A stretch of 64,000 bases of DNA. Source: Schizochytrium sp. TIO01. Lineage: Eukaryota; Protista; Bigyra: Labyrinthulomycetes. Where the stretch lies: positions 868,001 through 932,000 of the forward strand of contig SMSO01000007.1 of the NCBI GenBank assembly GCA_004764695.1, in the 5' to 3' direction. The position numbers and the translations under genes were made by a program. This document shows positions 44,264 through 56,631 of this stretch, one piece after another (the first letter of the stretch is position 1; each line of letters opens with the position of its first letter). The notes beneath the pieces are model-generated. The model did not search any database, had not been told where the DNA came from, and saw nothing but the letters and a program-made list of their open reading frames with translations.

Positions 44264-45241
44264 TTACTCGTCGTCACTCTTCTTCTTCTTCTTATCCGGA
44301 CGGTAGGTTCCCACGAGGATGGCGTGGTCACGTTCGTAGGGCTCAAGGGTGAGCTGTTCGGCGGGCTTAAACTGCTCCTTTTTTAGTGCGGCGACCTCGC
44401 GCGCAAACACCGCCTCTGGTGCAATGGTGGAGTCGATACAGTTTGCCTTGATGGAGATGATGAAGTGGCCGTTGTTGCGGAGGAAGTAGTGTGAGTTGAG
44501 GGCGACAATACGGGCCTGGTCAGGCTGGGCCACATCGGCGAAGACGGTGTCGACCATGCCGATGAGCATGCGGTACTTGAGCGGGTGGCGGGCATCCTCA
44601 ATGATGGGGATGACGTTGGTGCGCAGTTTAGCCATGTTGATCAGGTCACGACCAGAGCGGTGGGAGAACTCAACGGCGTACACGACACCGGTGGGGCCCA
44701 CCACGTCGGCCACATGGGAGACGGTGGTACCGGAGGCAGCTCCGAGGTAAAGCACCTTGTCGCCGGGTCCGATGTGCAGGTTCTGGATACCACCCAAGAT
44801 ACCAGCGGCAATCTTGGAACGGAAAGGGTTCCAAACGCGGTACTCGACCTTCTCCTCACCGACGTCAACCTTGATGAGCTTCTCGCCGTACACAGCCTTG
44901 CCGGGCACAAGGGACTTGGTCACGAGTGCGTCTTCCTTGCCGCGCGCGACGTAGACTCCAGGGTGTCTGTGCTCCTCGACAATCACCTTCTGGCCTCCCT
45001 TCATGCCACCGCGGCCGCCACCGCGTCCACCACGGCCGCCACGGGCGCCACCGCGAGCTCCGCCACGGCCACCACCACGGCCGCCACCGCCGAAGCCGCC
45101 ACGGCCACCGCCACGGCCGCCACCGCCGAAGCCGCCACGGCCACCGCCACGGCCGCCGCCGGCGCCGCCAAAGCCGCCACGAGCTCCACCACGGCCACCG
45201 CCGCGACCGCCACCGCGGCCTCCTCGAGGAGTGAACGCCAT
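44264..45241 (-). CDS. FBL: rRNA 2'-O-methyltransferase fibrillarin (Nop1)
   Basis: RGG/GAR N-terminus, then [48 protein letters not shown] and [11 protein letters not shown] at 45241. Confidence 0.99.
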   Translation of the reverse strand: MAFTPRGGRGGGRGGGRGGARGGFGGAGGGRGGGRGGFGGGGRGGGRGGFGGGGRGGGRGGARGGARGGRGGRGGGRGGMKGGQKVIVEEHRHPGVYVARGKEDALVTKSLVPGKAVYGEKLIKVDVGEEKVEYRVWNPFRSKIAAGILGGIQNLHIGPGDKVLYLGAASGTTVSHVADVVGPTGVVYAVEFSHRSGRDLINMAKLRTNVIPIIEDARHPLKYRMLIGMVDTVFADVAQPDQARIVALNSHYFLRNNGHFIISIKANCIDSTIAPEAVFAREVAALKKEQFKPAEQLTLEPYERDHAILVGTYRPDKKKKKSDDE

Positions 45242-45666
45242 GATTCGAAACGAGTGGAGCAAAACTTGTCCTATTCGAGTTCTGCTGCGCCTTCCGCTGC
45301 TTCTAGTGACTGGCTAGGCGCTGCCCGCAAGGCCTACCCGGCTGCTAGCCACTCCTACGGAGTTCCTTCCCTAGCCTTTCCTCCCGCCAGTGAATTCGAC
45401 GCCATATTACGCATAGTTAAAATTTTGAATTTTTGATAGTCGCGTTGTTTTCTTTTCTTTTCTTCTCTTTTCTTTTCTTTCTTTCTTTTCTTTCTTTTCT
45501 TCTTTCTTTCCCTTTTCTCTCAAAGGAAGGCCTCTTCGGAAGGGGGCGTAGGCGCGAAGGGTAGGCTTTGGAGGCCTTTGCAGGCGCTTCGACGACGAGA
45601 GGGGGCTTGGGTTGGACTTTGTGGACCTGGGTTTCCTTGTTTGAGTTTGGATTCAAAGAGTCGAAT

Positions 45667-45906
45667 TGAATTTGGATTTGGATTTGGATTTGGATTTGAA
45701 TTTGAATTTGGATTTGGATTTGGATTTGGATTTGGATTTGGATTTGGATTTGAATTTGAATTTGGATTTGAATTTGGATTTGAATTTGGATTTGGATTTG
45801 AATTTTGAATTTTGAATTTTGAATTTGAATTAGGATTTTGAATTTTGAATTTGGATTTGAATTTTGAATTAAATGTGAGTTTGAGTTTGAATTTGAATTT
45901 TGAACT
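45667..45906. repeat. (GGATTT/GAATTT)n hexamer microsatellite upstream of fibrillarin
   Basis: Directly visible. Confidence 0.95.
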
Positions 45907-48900
45907 TTGAACTCTGAATGGGATCTAAATTCGAACTTCAACTTGAGATTTGACGTAGACTTGAGATAGATTGGAGTCGAGATTGAATCTGGATTTGTAG
46001 ACGACGATCAATGGACTGCCTGGGAAAGCAGGCAACGGAGCTCTAGCACGGCCAGCAGAGCGCTGAGTATTCTTAAAGCGCAGGTTATTGGGTAGAATCT
46101 CGAGTTGAATTCGTATACTTGAATTTCGCTCGCTTTGCATTTGGATACAGATACTTTCTAGCATGACGGACACCCAAGTTTCGTGAACGAGCTTAAACTT
46201 GAAGTTGGCCCCCTTCTCAAAGTCCGGCTGCGAGTGGGTCTTAAAGTGGTGCTCATGTCAGTGCCGCACATGCGGGACCCTTGCCGGCGCTCTCGTGTGT
46301 CCTTCGATCTCTTGCAATCTTCAACCCTCAATCTTCAATCTTCGAAATCCTCAATCTTTCTTTTTCCTTTCATTTCCTTCCATCTCTTTTCATTTCTTTC
46401 ATTTCTTTCATTTCTTTCATTTCTTTCTCAGGTTCTCTCTCTCTCTCTCTCTGCTCCACCCATCTGGGCCAGGCTTGACCACCCAAATTGAGGGCGGGCA
46501 AAATGCCAATTCCTACTCCATTCACGAGTGGACAGAATGGGTTTATTGATACCACTGGTCGCCAGCCATTCACAGCCATTCACAGCCACTCACTCGCCCT
46601 CTCTTCGCCTCTGGGGTAGGGTCGTCCATGATTTACTATAGCACTGGCGCACAAGCCGAGGCGCGGTAGCGTTGGCTATGGTTTATGATACAGGGGCGGC
46701 GGCGCGCTTTTTATTGGGTAATTATGAGCCATAAGAGCTACACTAGTTAGAAGTATAGTTTTCAAGCTCTCTGAAGAGGTTTGATGATGTTGCCTTGTAG
46801 TTGTTTTGATTAGGAAACGGCATAAGTCTTCAGCCTGGATGGCATGGAGGTGAATGAGGGAAGTGGCATGCGTGCATGCATCAATGTGTGCGGTCTCCGT
46901 GAGCCTGAGCGGTGTAGGTTGGCTTGGTTGACAACTCGAGAACTCGAGTATATCACCGATGTTGGCTTTTCCAAGTTGATCCGCGTAATAATGGTAGGAT
47001 AACTATTTAGATTAAATCATAGAAAGTGGACAGATCCTCCGCGTCTCCAAAAGCTGGATTTGCGCATGTTTTTCCCTCACATTTGCAAACATAGTGGAGG
47101 TGGAAAATCGTCTGAAAGCCTTAATACTTGGTTTGTGCGCTAGGTACTGAAATGAATCGCATGGGGATATGTGCGACCTACTTTGAGAAGGGCATTGACA
47201 AGGTCCCATAAATTGATCTAAAAGACCCACTGGCTTTTGACTTAGTGCTAGCATTGTTTTGGCCTACCTACTATTGTGATTTTCTGATGGGAGTGTTGGC
47301 GAGTGCTGGGGAGGCCAGCAAAGCAATGGAAGAGGGCCCTCAAGGTTTGACTAGGAACTACTTCAAAAAGAAATTTACACCCTTGCTATCAAGGAGAAAT
47401 GGACTCATGCTACCATCTACGTGGCGTACAATTCACGACCACAATATTATGCTACCGGATCAGTTCTTCCGCGCGAAAGTAATGGGGCGAAAGCAGCATC
47501 ATTGCTTCAGACTCTCATATATCTACTATGCCATACGCATTAGACTCCTCGCAAGTCAGAGAGCACCCGAGGGTTCATAGCAAGGAGACTCAAATGAAAA
47601 AAAGTTGAACAAAAGACTGACGAGCAAGCTCATTTCGGAAGTGAAACTTGTCATCACTAGTGGTCCACCATTCATTAACCTCGCGAGGAGATTTATTCAC
47701 CTTGAAGTTGTCTTCCATTTCCCTCTTAGTAGGTAGGTAGGTGTTAATTACATTAGTAGCAACAACTGGTTAGCGCTAGGACTTATGACTTCTAGTACTA
47801 TTGGTTCTCAGCTCCTTACAGAAGAAAGTGTCCCTATTTTGTTTGTTTTGTCTTGTTGAAAGTTGAAGCCAGGCGCAGAAATCAGAGTTATACCATCTTG
47901 TTTCAAATGTAAGACAGGTGCCATGTTTCCACATCGAAGAAATGGTTCTTTTCTTATTTTGACCTGATATTAGTAGAAATACTTTGCTTAAAGATCCTGA
48001 ACAGAAATTCCGGCGCCCGTTTCGACAAGGCTAAGAAAATTGTTGCTGATGTTTTGCCAGAGACTACCTAGCTAGTGGCACCTACTGAGCCCTGCAATCA
48101 ACCTCCAAGCCTGTCAAAGATATTATAGAGCACAAACTTTATCCTTCTTGGGGCTATCATTTCTGCTGGAGAGCACAGTGATCACATCATCATCGTGGAA
48201 TACTGCAGGGTAGTGGTATGATGATTGATAAATTTGTATTTAGCGCTTCGATTGAGAATCACTTTGCAATGCTTTGCGTAAGCCACAATCAGTTTTTAGA
48301 TAAACACTTAAATTTGAATAATTCAACATGCATTTCATTCACAAAATACATGAACAGTTTTACTGTTAATCCAAGACCTTTGTATCGAAGGGTTAATTCT
48401 AGCTGCATAATGATGAGCTGCACAATCATAATTTATTTTACATAATGTAAGCCAGCACTTCAGCTTGTTGCATATTCCTGTACTTTCCATGAACAAATTC
48501 AGATTTTTTAAATCAAAACTCAAGATGCGAATATTATAATGGTGTATGATTTAGATCAGCGAACAGTAGAAACTCCCACCCAATTAAAAAAAAATCCTGC
48601 TGCCTCAAATTACCTCTAAGAAACGAGAAGCGAGAGAAAATGTACTTTTCTTAGTTTCTTCTCAAACAGAGCATCAAGTCTACTCCAAAACACACATGTT
48701 TCAAACATACATGTGCAAGATGAGGAATCAGTTGAAAATCCACATGACGTAGTACGATTCATGAGCAATGAGACATCATACAGAATGGAGATGAAAATCA
48801 TTTTTTGGTTATAAAGCATACATGATGCTCGGGTTTATGGCATGGCGATAAATGCCGCAGATCGGCCGACGAATCTTGTTTGTACGTGATAACAGCTTCA

Positions 48901-49211
48901 CTTGTTCGTTTGAAAACCAAACCGATCAGAAATTAAGAAGAACTTGGCAGGCCCCCACTGATATATTGCTAGTACACCCTGCAGAGAACAGCTCAAAATA
49001 AGCGCTTGTACTAAGCGCGTGCGCGCTCACTCTCTTCTCTTGTTGAATTTATTTAAGGAGTCAAAGCCAGAGAAAACTCGATATAACCAATGCAACCTCT
49101 GTATTTGAAGCAAAATGAGCAAATCGATCAGAAGGGGGTAGAAAAAGAAGGGTAAAAAGCAGTATAGCGCGAAGCATAAACAACAGGGCAAAAGGAACGA
49201 AAGAACAGAGT

Positions 49212-50201
49212 TTACTTGCGGTAACGCTTGGCAGCCTTGGTGAGCTTGGGACCAGTTCCGTAGACGGGCACCGCGCGGACAACACCGTCGTTGTCCATCT
49301 GTGTCTTGGCGATATTGCGGAGCTGCTTCTTGGACATGCGCTTGATCTTGTCGGCGTTGATGGTTTGGTAAGCACCGTGCTGGAACTCGTTTTCGGCGGC
49401 ACGGCGACGCTTCTCGAGGCGCTTCTCACGCATCTGAGCGACGTGCTCGTCATGCTTGGCCTTTTGCTCGGCCTCAAATGCCTTGAGGGCCTCACGTTTG
49501 CGGCGGATCTCCATCTTGCGTTCCCAAGAGGTACTCAGGGTCTTTGGGTTGGCCTTGTAGACGATCATTGAAGTCTTCTCGTTCTGAATCTTCTTCCACC
49601 ATCTGCCACCAGCAGGCAAGCTTCGGGTGATGGGCTTGGCCGTATCGCGGTCTTCAACCTCATCAGCGTACGAAAGCAGTCTGCGGTGCTTGCTCTCCGG
49701 CTCATCACTTTTGGCAGGACCAGTCTTTACGTCGCTCTTGGTCTCTTCCTCCTCCTCAGCCTCGACAGCCTTGCGTGGCCGCTTGGTGCCGCTCTTAGGG
49801 ACCTCCACAACCTCCTCGGCGGCAGCCTCTTCAGCGACAGCCTTCTTGCCGCCCTTCTTAGCAGGGGTCTTAGCAGGGGTCTTTGCCGCAGCCTTGCTAG
49901 GCTTAGCCTTTTTGGTCACAGGAGCATCCTCCTCGATTTGATCGGCGTCGTTTTGGGCCCCCTTGGCAGCCTTCTTGGCACTCCTCGCGGGCGTCTTTCT
50001 CACGTTCTTGGCAGGGGTGGCCTCGACCTCCTCGCTGCTTGCAGCAGCAGCACTGCGGCGTGTCTTGCGAGCAGATTTGGCAGGTGTCTTCTGCTGCTGC
50101 TTCTCGACAGCCTCCTGCTCCTGCTCCTGAGCGGGGTCGGCCTCTGCCTCTGCCTGGCGGCGGGTCTTGGGTTTACGTGCGCTGGCAGCGGAGCGAGCCA
50201 T
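49212..50201 (-). CDS. CCDC86: CCDC86/Cgr1-family nucleolar protein
   Basis: C-terminal GRWWK...TSWERKM..RR...K..E...RR..ENE...YQTI...KIKRMSKKQLRNI pattern of the Cgr1/CCDC86 family. K/A/E-rich N-terminus with repeated KTPAK motifs. Confidence 0.85.
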   Translation of the reverse strand: MARSAASARKPKTRRQAEAEADPAQEQEQEAVEKQQQKTPAKSARKTRRSAAAASSEEVEATPAKNVRKTPARSAKKAAKGAQNDADQIEEDAPVTKKAKPSKAAAKTPAKTPAKKGGKKAVAEEAAAEEVVEVPKSGTKRPRKAVEAEEEEETKSDVKTGPAKSDEPESKHRRLLSYADEVEDRDTAKPITRSLPAGGRWWKKIQNEKTSMIVYKANPKTLSTSWERKMEIRRKREALKAFEAEQKAKHDEHVAQMREKRLEKRRRAAENEFQHGAYQTINADKIKRMSKKQLRNIAKTQMDNDGVVRAVPVYGTGPKLTKAAKRYRK

Positions 50202-50764
50202 TCTGTCTGATGCCGTCTAAGCCTATGTCTTCGCAACGAGCTTCTGCTCAGAGAACTTTACAGACTTCTCTATAGCGCCAGATCTCCACCTTGCGCAGCC
50301 CAGAGTCTCCGCGTCCACGCCAATCGATCTGCGTAGCCGCTTCGAACTCGTGGTTCTGTCTGCTTGTGTCCAGCCAATGCTCGCCTCCGCCAACCTCCTT
50401 ATCCCCGCCTCACTTCCACCTTAACCTGATCACCCGAATTCTCTGATCCTATCAACTCGCAGGCTTAGTATTCATTTATTATATCGACGCCAGGGTCACG
50501 AGTTACTAGCCTTGATTATCTGGGTCTTATGTGGGACCAGAGTGGGACATTAGTTTTGGTACTACTGCTGAGGAAGGTAGGTAGTAAATGATGTAATGCA
50601 ACTTGAATGTAAATAAGCGCTTTTGTTTGGCTTGCTGGAGAGAACAAATCAGATTTGCGCTTGCGAGAAGAGCACGAGGGGTTCGAGGGCCTGAAGAATC
50701 GAGAAAGACAAAGTTCTTTGGGTTCAGATTGGGCTTGAATTAGTTTCTGAAAAAACCTGAGGCG

Positions 50765-52248
50765 ATGTTGACACGCGGGTTGGCCATTGCGGCACGGGGC
50801 AACTTGCCCGTGAGACAAAGTAGTCTGAAGGCTATGACTCTGGGATCCCAGGCATGGTTCTCGGCGGCAGCATCTCAATCGAAGGGAGCCGAGAACGAAG
50901 AGGTGAAGATCAAGGCGCAAGAAGCACAGCTTGCTCTTGTGCAAAAGCTCAAGGCGAAGGGACTGCTGCAAGACCGTAAGTTGGGGTGGATGGGTTCGCG
51001 AACTTTGGAGCATCTCAAGGTGTGCTAGCTTCATCAATTTGATTGTTTCAAAGAATCAAAGTGCTAGAATTGATCAAGCTACGGTGAGATAGATCTAGGT
51101 GAAACAGAGTAATCTGAAGACACATTCCAAAGGTGTAAAATTAAATTGCGCGCTGTATTCCATACGTCAGACATTAGCATTTCTTAGTGTATCGTGTATT
51201 GTGTGTCTGCTCAGCCTGCACATGTTAACAAAGGAAATGAACTGGAGATGACTAACGTATTATCTCGATGTGAACAATCATCATCATCATCATCAAACAC
51301 AAATAACAAAACCGTACATATATTTATTTATATTACGACACAGCTCTGCTGGCCCAGGCTTTTGAGCAAGTCAACCGTGGACGGTTCTGGAATAAGACGT
51401 CAGATGTAATTGTGGCTGATGAAGCCGCATACTCTCTTGATGGAAAGCCGGTAGCACCCAATGATCCTAAGCTTCTTCCTTTGGATTGTGCCGTGGACCA
51501 CGCTCAACAGGTCGAGCTTATCCTGCCGTGGCTAGTGCCTGGCAATGCAGTGCTGGACTGTGGTTGTGGTTCTGGTTACCTTGTAGCCTTGTACGCATCA
51601 ATGGTGTCAAGTCATGCTGAAACTGGCGGCACAGCTGTCGGTGTGGATCGTCGAGGCTCTCTTGCTGACACAGCCATTCCTCGAATTGGCAAAACCTGTG
51701 TTGCTCTCACGCAGTCTGGCAAGGCTGACCAAACCATTACTAAGCGCATTATCACTATGCCTTTGGACGGTGTTAGTGACCTGCCCCTCCCAGGTGGCCC
51801 CTTTGACGCCATCCGCGCTGGATTTTCCTTTCCTAACACAAACTGTGAAGAGTTTCAAAGGCTCTTGGACCAACTCAAGCCTAATGGACGACTTATTGCT
51901 CATATTGGCGTTGACGCAAAGTCTCCAACGATTTTTGACAAAGATCAAGACGGAAAAGTTACTTCTAGCATGGCAACATTTCAGACGGTGCATGTTCCCG
52001 AAGTCTTTGAGCGTCGTGTTGCTGTAGAAGGTGAGGACCCGGAGTCGGATGCCAAGGCTCAGGCAGCTGAAGATGAGCGTCTGGCTCGTCGATCTCTCTT
52101 GCAGGAACAGCTCCAGGCATGGCGCCGTGATTTCGAGACCCAGAATGGGCGTCGCCCGAACCGCCACGACATGTTGAATGACAAGCGTGCTGCTGAGCTT
52201 TTCCTCCAATTCAACGCTCTCAACACGGGTGATCTCTCCTCGCTGTAA
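50765..52248 (+). CDS. Divergent protein-L-isoaspartate O-methyltransferase (PIMT/PCMT-like); 2 exons 50765-50975, 51344-52248
   Basis: SAM motifs VLDCGCGSGY, PFDAI and LLDQLKPNGRLI. The spliced N-terminus gives LVQKLKAKGLLQDPLLAQAFEQVNRGRF...AAY, the typical PIMT N-terminal pattern. Arg/Ser/Ala-rich acid-free leader. Confidence 0.8.
50976..51343 (+). other. Spliceosomal GT-AG intron (368 nt) of PIMT-like gene
   Basis: Donor GTAAGT at 50976, ACTAAC at ~51251, acceptor CAG ending 51343. The phase-1 join keeps the frame of ORF 51412. Confidence 0.85.
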
Positions 52249-52962
52249 AGAACTTTTTGACCATCAGGTAGATAGACAAGACACGTGAGTGGGTGTCTTG
52301 ATTTTGCGCGCAAGTCACTTGCAGGCATGCATTCATGAAGAATTCCGCTTGGGGCAAGACCCTATTGGTTCTATGTTCCCATCTATCACTTTCATCTATC
52401 AAACTACATGGATCTTGTCGTAAACCTTTGAGACACTATGCAACGTGTTGTATTTTTTATCTTAAATTGCAGCGAGCCCCTTCTACTATTGATATTGGCT
52501 GTTTAAGCGAGTCCAAACGCCACCTTGAGCTTTGCCTTACTGCCACAGCGATACGTACAATAAGCGATAAAGTCTAGTAGAGCTAGATTCTCAAACGCCT
52601 CATGAACTATAAGGCAAAAGAAGAGACTGTAAATTTGCTATGGCCAGCACTTTGTCACTAGGACAGCTGCGCTAGAATGCGATACTATAAATGCCCATGT
52701 AGTGCTACTATTTTCCATAGCAAATCATCATCGTATTGTGGTGGTGGCAAATCACTATTTCGTGGCATGTGAGCCTTCAATCACGTCAGCACGTTGATTT
52801 TCCAAAACCTATAAACCCTCATGACGCAAAGCATTAGACGAAATGTGTTAACATCATGAATTTTAAAATATTTACGGGTGCGAGTTTTGGACTCTTCCTC
52901 CATGAGCGGAATTTTGGTCTGTATAATTCTGTGTCCACCTCTTTCCACCATCCTTGAATGAT

Positions 52963-54027
52963 TTAGATTTTGGTAGGCCATGATCGGCACAAGAACGATC
53001 GAGCCTCCAGCAACCACCCAATTATCAACTCGTAGAGCCGTCTCTGATTCCCTGCACGATTCCATCTAAGGCAGGCTTTCAGCATCGCCGGAATGACGCT
53101 GTCTCTCTGCACAACCCAATTCTCATATTCTCCTGTCGCGGAATCGTTACTCGCTGTTTCAGAACCTTCAGAGTATCTTATTGCGTGAACAGTCAACTCG
53201 ATTCACACAATCTTTCGCCACCTTGACGACGGATCTTGAGCTTGAGCCAGATTCTGCAGCATCGTCGTGCGACGTTGTTGCCATTCTCTCCAACGAGGCA
53301 AGGCTTTCCCAGAGTTTACGCAGACGATTTCGAGGTTGCAGGTGCACAACGATCCTGCTACCAAAGGAGCCTTTTGTGCTTCTATTCCCACTGCTCCCAA
53401 AGTAAAACATCACTCACTGCTCACAAGCTTCGGGAGGTATCCTGATGAACCCTCAGGCAGACAGGTGAAACCTAGAATGAGCCCGCTTTCAAGTACATCT
53501 TCAAGCCTGTCTGGTACCGGGTACTTGCTTGCTTCTGTGGCGAGCGGAGCCACCCTCGTTCCTCGATCGACCACGGCTTCCGGGGCTCCAAATCGTGAGC
53601 AATAACTGAGCTCTTCTGCAGCGTCTTCAGCAGCTTCTTCCTTAGAATAGAAGTTGTGAGGCGGGCCCAAGAAGCGGCCATCCATGATGACGACGCTTTC
53701 TTCTGCCGTGAGTTAGGACATGACCCACCAAGAAGCGTCTTCCTTTCTTTGTGGAGATCGTCCCAAAAGCAAGTTTTGAACTTGAGGAGGAGGAGGAGGA
53801 GGAGGAGAATGAGCCAATGGCGTTGGAGAATCGCCAGCATCGCGTGAACCTCGTGCATCCTGCTCCGAAGAAGCAGATAGAATCTGATACATAGTTGGAT
53901 AGAGAGATAGAGAGATAGATGGCAATCTGGACTCGAACTTGATACGCCCAGTCCACTTGAAGGATAGATTCTCATGGGACTCAAAATCGACAACAGCAAA
54001 GGGCGGCATGACCTTTGCCAGCTCCAC
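52963..54027 (-). pseudogene. Possible decayed reading frame of unknown product
   Basis: ORFs 53713-54027, 53410-53685, 53203-53400 and 52963-53196 are all in the same frame, with only three internal stops in ~355 codons. No family recognised. Confidence 0.35.
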
Positions 54028-54082
54028 TTAGTTTTGTTTTATATATTTTTAAAATACAAAGATAATTAAGCTAGAAGCCCAC

Positions 54083-54095
54083 TTTTTCTTCTTTT

Positions 54096-54130
<35 letters not shown>

Positions 54131-54139
54131 ATCTTTTTT

Positions 54140-54218
<79 letters not shown>

Positions 54219-54247
54219 ATCTTTTTTAAATTAAGAGAACGAAAAAA

Positions 54248-54310
<63 letters not shown>
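54083..54310. repeat. (TTTC)n immediately followed by its complement (GAAA)n
   Basis: Directly visible; the two tracts are separated by a short AT-rich spacer. Confidence 0.95.
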
Positions 54311-54311
<1 letters not shown>

Positions 54312-56377
54312 GAAACTTAATCTTTCTCAAAAGAACTAACTCAATAATAAGAGCTGAAGGACCAGAAAGGAGCGCGGTGAGCAACAATAGAGCACGGGTC
54401 CGCTCGCTCCTTTCCTTTGGCCGACCCTCTGGTGAGGTTCCCACCGCATCTCTCGCTGGGCCTTGGAGGCGCGGCGTCGCGTCTTCGAGCTCATCGTATC
54501 CTCGGAGGAGGCTATGGCAGCGCCATGGCACTTAGGTTTGACTTTCTACAGAATTTTCGTTGAAACTTGAAGCTCGATGTTCGAATCTGCACCCGAGGCC
54601 AGGTCCAGCGGCCGAGACCTGCGTCGCCGGCGACGTCAACGCGGGCGGAGGAGGCCTTGGAGGCTCAAGTCGTCCAAGGCCCCGAGTCCAAGGCAGAGTT
54701 CAAGAGGCACGAGCTCGCGGCTTGCGCATCGCCGAGCTCAAGTTCGAAACATGTGCCATCCATCATGGAGCTCTCAAGCAAGTTCACGAGCAAGACCACG
54801 CAAGGAGCTTGACCAAGTTGCGTCGCGAGGGATCGTGGAGGCAAGGCAAGGAGGGAGTCATCGATTGCAAGCGAGGGCAAGCAGTGGAGGAGGCGGATCT
54901 CGAAGAGGGTGAGACTGAGACAGCCCCAATTTTGGACCTGTCGATGGCGAGATCAGAAGATTGGAGCACTCTGCCAGTGCGACGGCGAGACGCGACGATG
55001 GAGATCTCGCAGCGCCGTGGTGCCTGGAGGCACGCGGAGCGTTGCGAGGTGTCACGCGAAGCCTCTGTCTGGGCGCCAGCCAAGCAAGCTCGCTTGCTTG
55101 GCGCGCAGCGTGCGAGTCTGTGTGATTGTTTTTCTGTCTCCGCAAGCATTTGCGCAACGAGAAAAAGGCTGTTCCAAAAGTCCTCCAAAACAAGAAAGAA
55201 CCACGACGGAAAAGAACGGGGAAAAGCAGGATCAGAATTCGCTTCTTATCATATGATAGCGGGGAACAGAGAAAAGAAAATTGAAAGAACTTGAAAAGAT
55301 AATACTTTTATTAATTAAAAAAAGAAATTACAATGCTTTTATTGTAAAGTTATAAAATAAAATAAAACGATAAAATAAAACGAATGAAATTGGTAGATTT
55401 TCAAAAGAGCCTGGAAATACGTGTAGGAGCTGCACCACTGAGCGGTGCTGCAGATATTGCCACCTCATCCTGTCTCATCAGCATGTTTATGAACAAGTAT
55501 AGCTTCGGCGGAAACTAAGGGAGTCATGTCCTGTACCCGAAATACTCTTGTCTTCTTACTTTACTTTATTCGTTTAAAATTATATATTTATAATTAATTA
55601 AATTCATTTTTAAACAAAAAAAGAAAAGAAAAAGAAGAAGATTTCAAATAAGAAAATAAGAAAAGAATCGTATTTTCACGCAAAGCGAACAGAAGCGCTT
55701 CAAAACACCGTCATGAGCAGACGAACAAGAACTCAGAAAGCATGGAAACCACCGGAATAATACAGGCATCCATCATCCATGTACATATACCATCGGCGGC
55801 GGGTGCTGGCCTATTACTCGTCTAGCCGTTCCTCAAGGCGGCCGCTGGGCGGTTTTCGAGCGACTAAGATAATCAAGATCGAGAGAACTAACCTCCAATG
55901 CCTATGAACGAAGACACTGTCTGTCGCAGCTGCACCGTGCACGCGAGGCGCTGTCGTTCGTTTGAGGAACTTCTACGTACCCACTGTGGTATCTTGCGGG
56001 GATCCCCCGGGACTTCGTTAGAAGACTAATATGAGGTGTCTCGTCCCGCAGCTGCAGGGATGGGTGATTTCCGGAACGGCTGGCCCCTCTCAAGTCCGAG
56101 CAATGTGAGCTTTGGAAGAAACTCTGAATTTAGATAGATTTGAAGGAAAGAAATGGTGTGAACTAAATCTAAATCTGAAGGCGATATCCTCGATGGAGCA
56201 TCTTTAGATCTGAAGGCGGTGCGATTCAAATCGTTGGCGGCGGCCACGAGCCCGAGCCAAAGCAGAGCAGGTCTGGAGATGGCTGCGCTGCCTGCACCCC
56301 TCGGAGGAGGCTGAGGAAGAGCTTGCTCGAAGGCGGCGCAGACGGATCTCCATTCCGTTGCGGCACAATAGTCCCTG

Positions 56378-56631
56378 CATACATACATACATACATACAT
56401 ACATACATACATACATACATACATACATACATACATACATACATACATACATACATACATACATACATACATACATACATACATACATACATACATACAT
56501 ACATACATACATACATACATACATACATACATACATACATACATACATACATACATACATACATACATACATACATACATACATACATACATACATACAT
56601 ACATACATACATACATACATACATACATACA
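56378..56631. repeat. (CATA)n microsatellite, ~63 perfect units
   Basis: Directly visible; source of the spurious MYVC/IHTY ORFs. Confidence 0.98.

Noticed and set aside
44585-45436. 283-aa ORF and Pro/Arg-rich ORFs antisense to fibrillarin
   Set aside because: Shadow frames of the GC-rich, codon-biased fibrillarin gene.
45667-45906. Interstitial telomere repeat
   Set aside because: The unit is GGATTT/GAATTT and lacks the GGG run of TTAGGG/TTTAGGG-type telomeres.
47555-47660. Possible minus-strand box C/D snoRNA (GTGATGA...CTGA about 100 nt apart)
   Set aside because: Weak terminal stem and no recognisable rRNA guide; such boxes occur frequently by chance.
54560-55294. 244-aa plus-strand ORF
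   Set aside because: TTG start, no recognisable motif, and competing ORFs in all frames as expected for a GC-rich island; cannot be supported as a gene.
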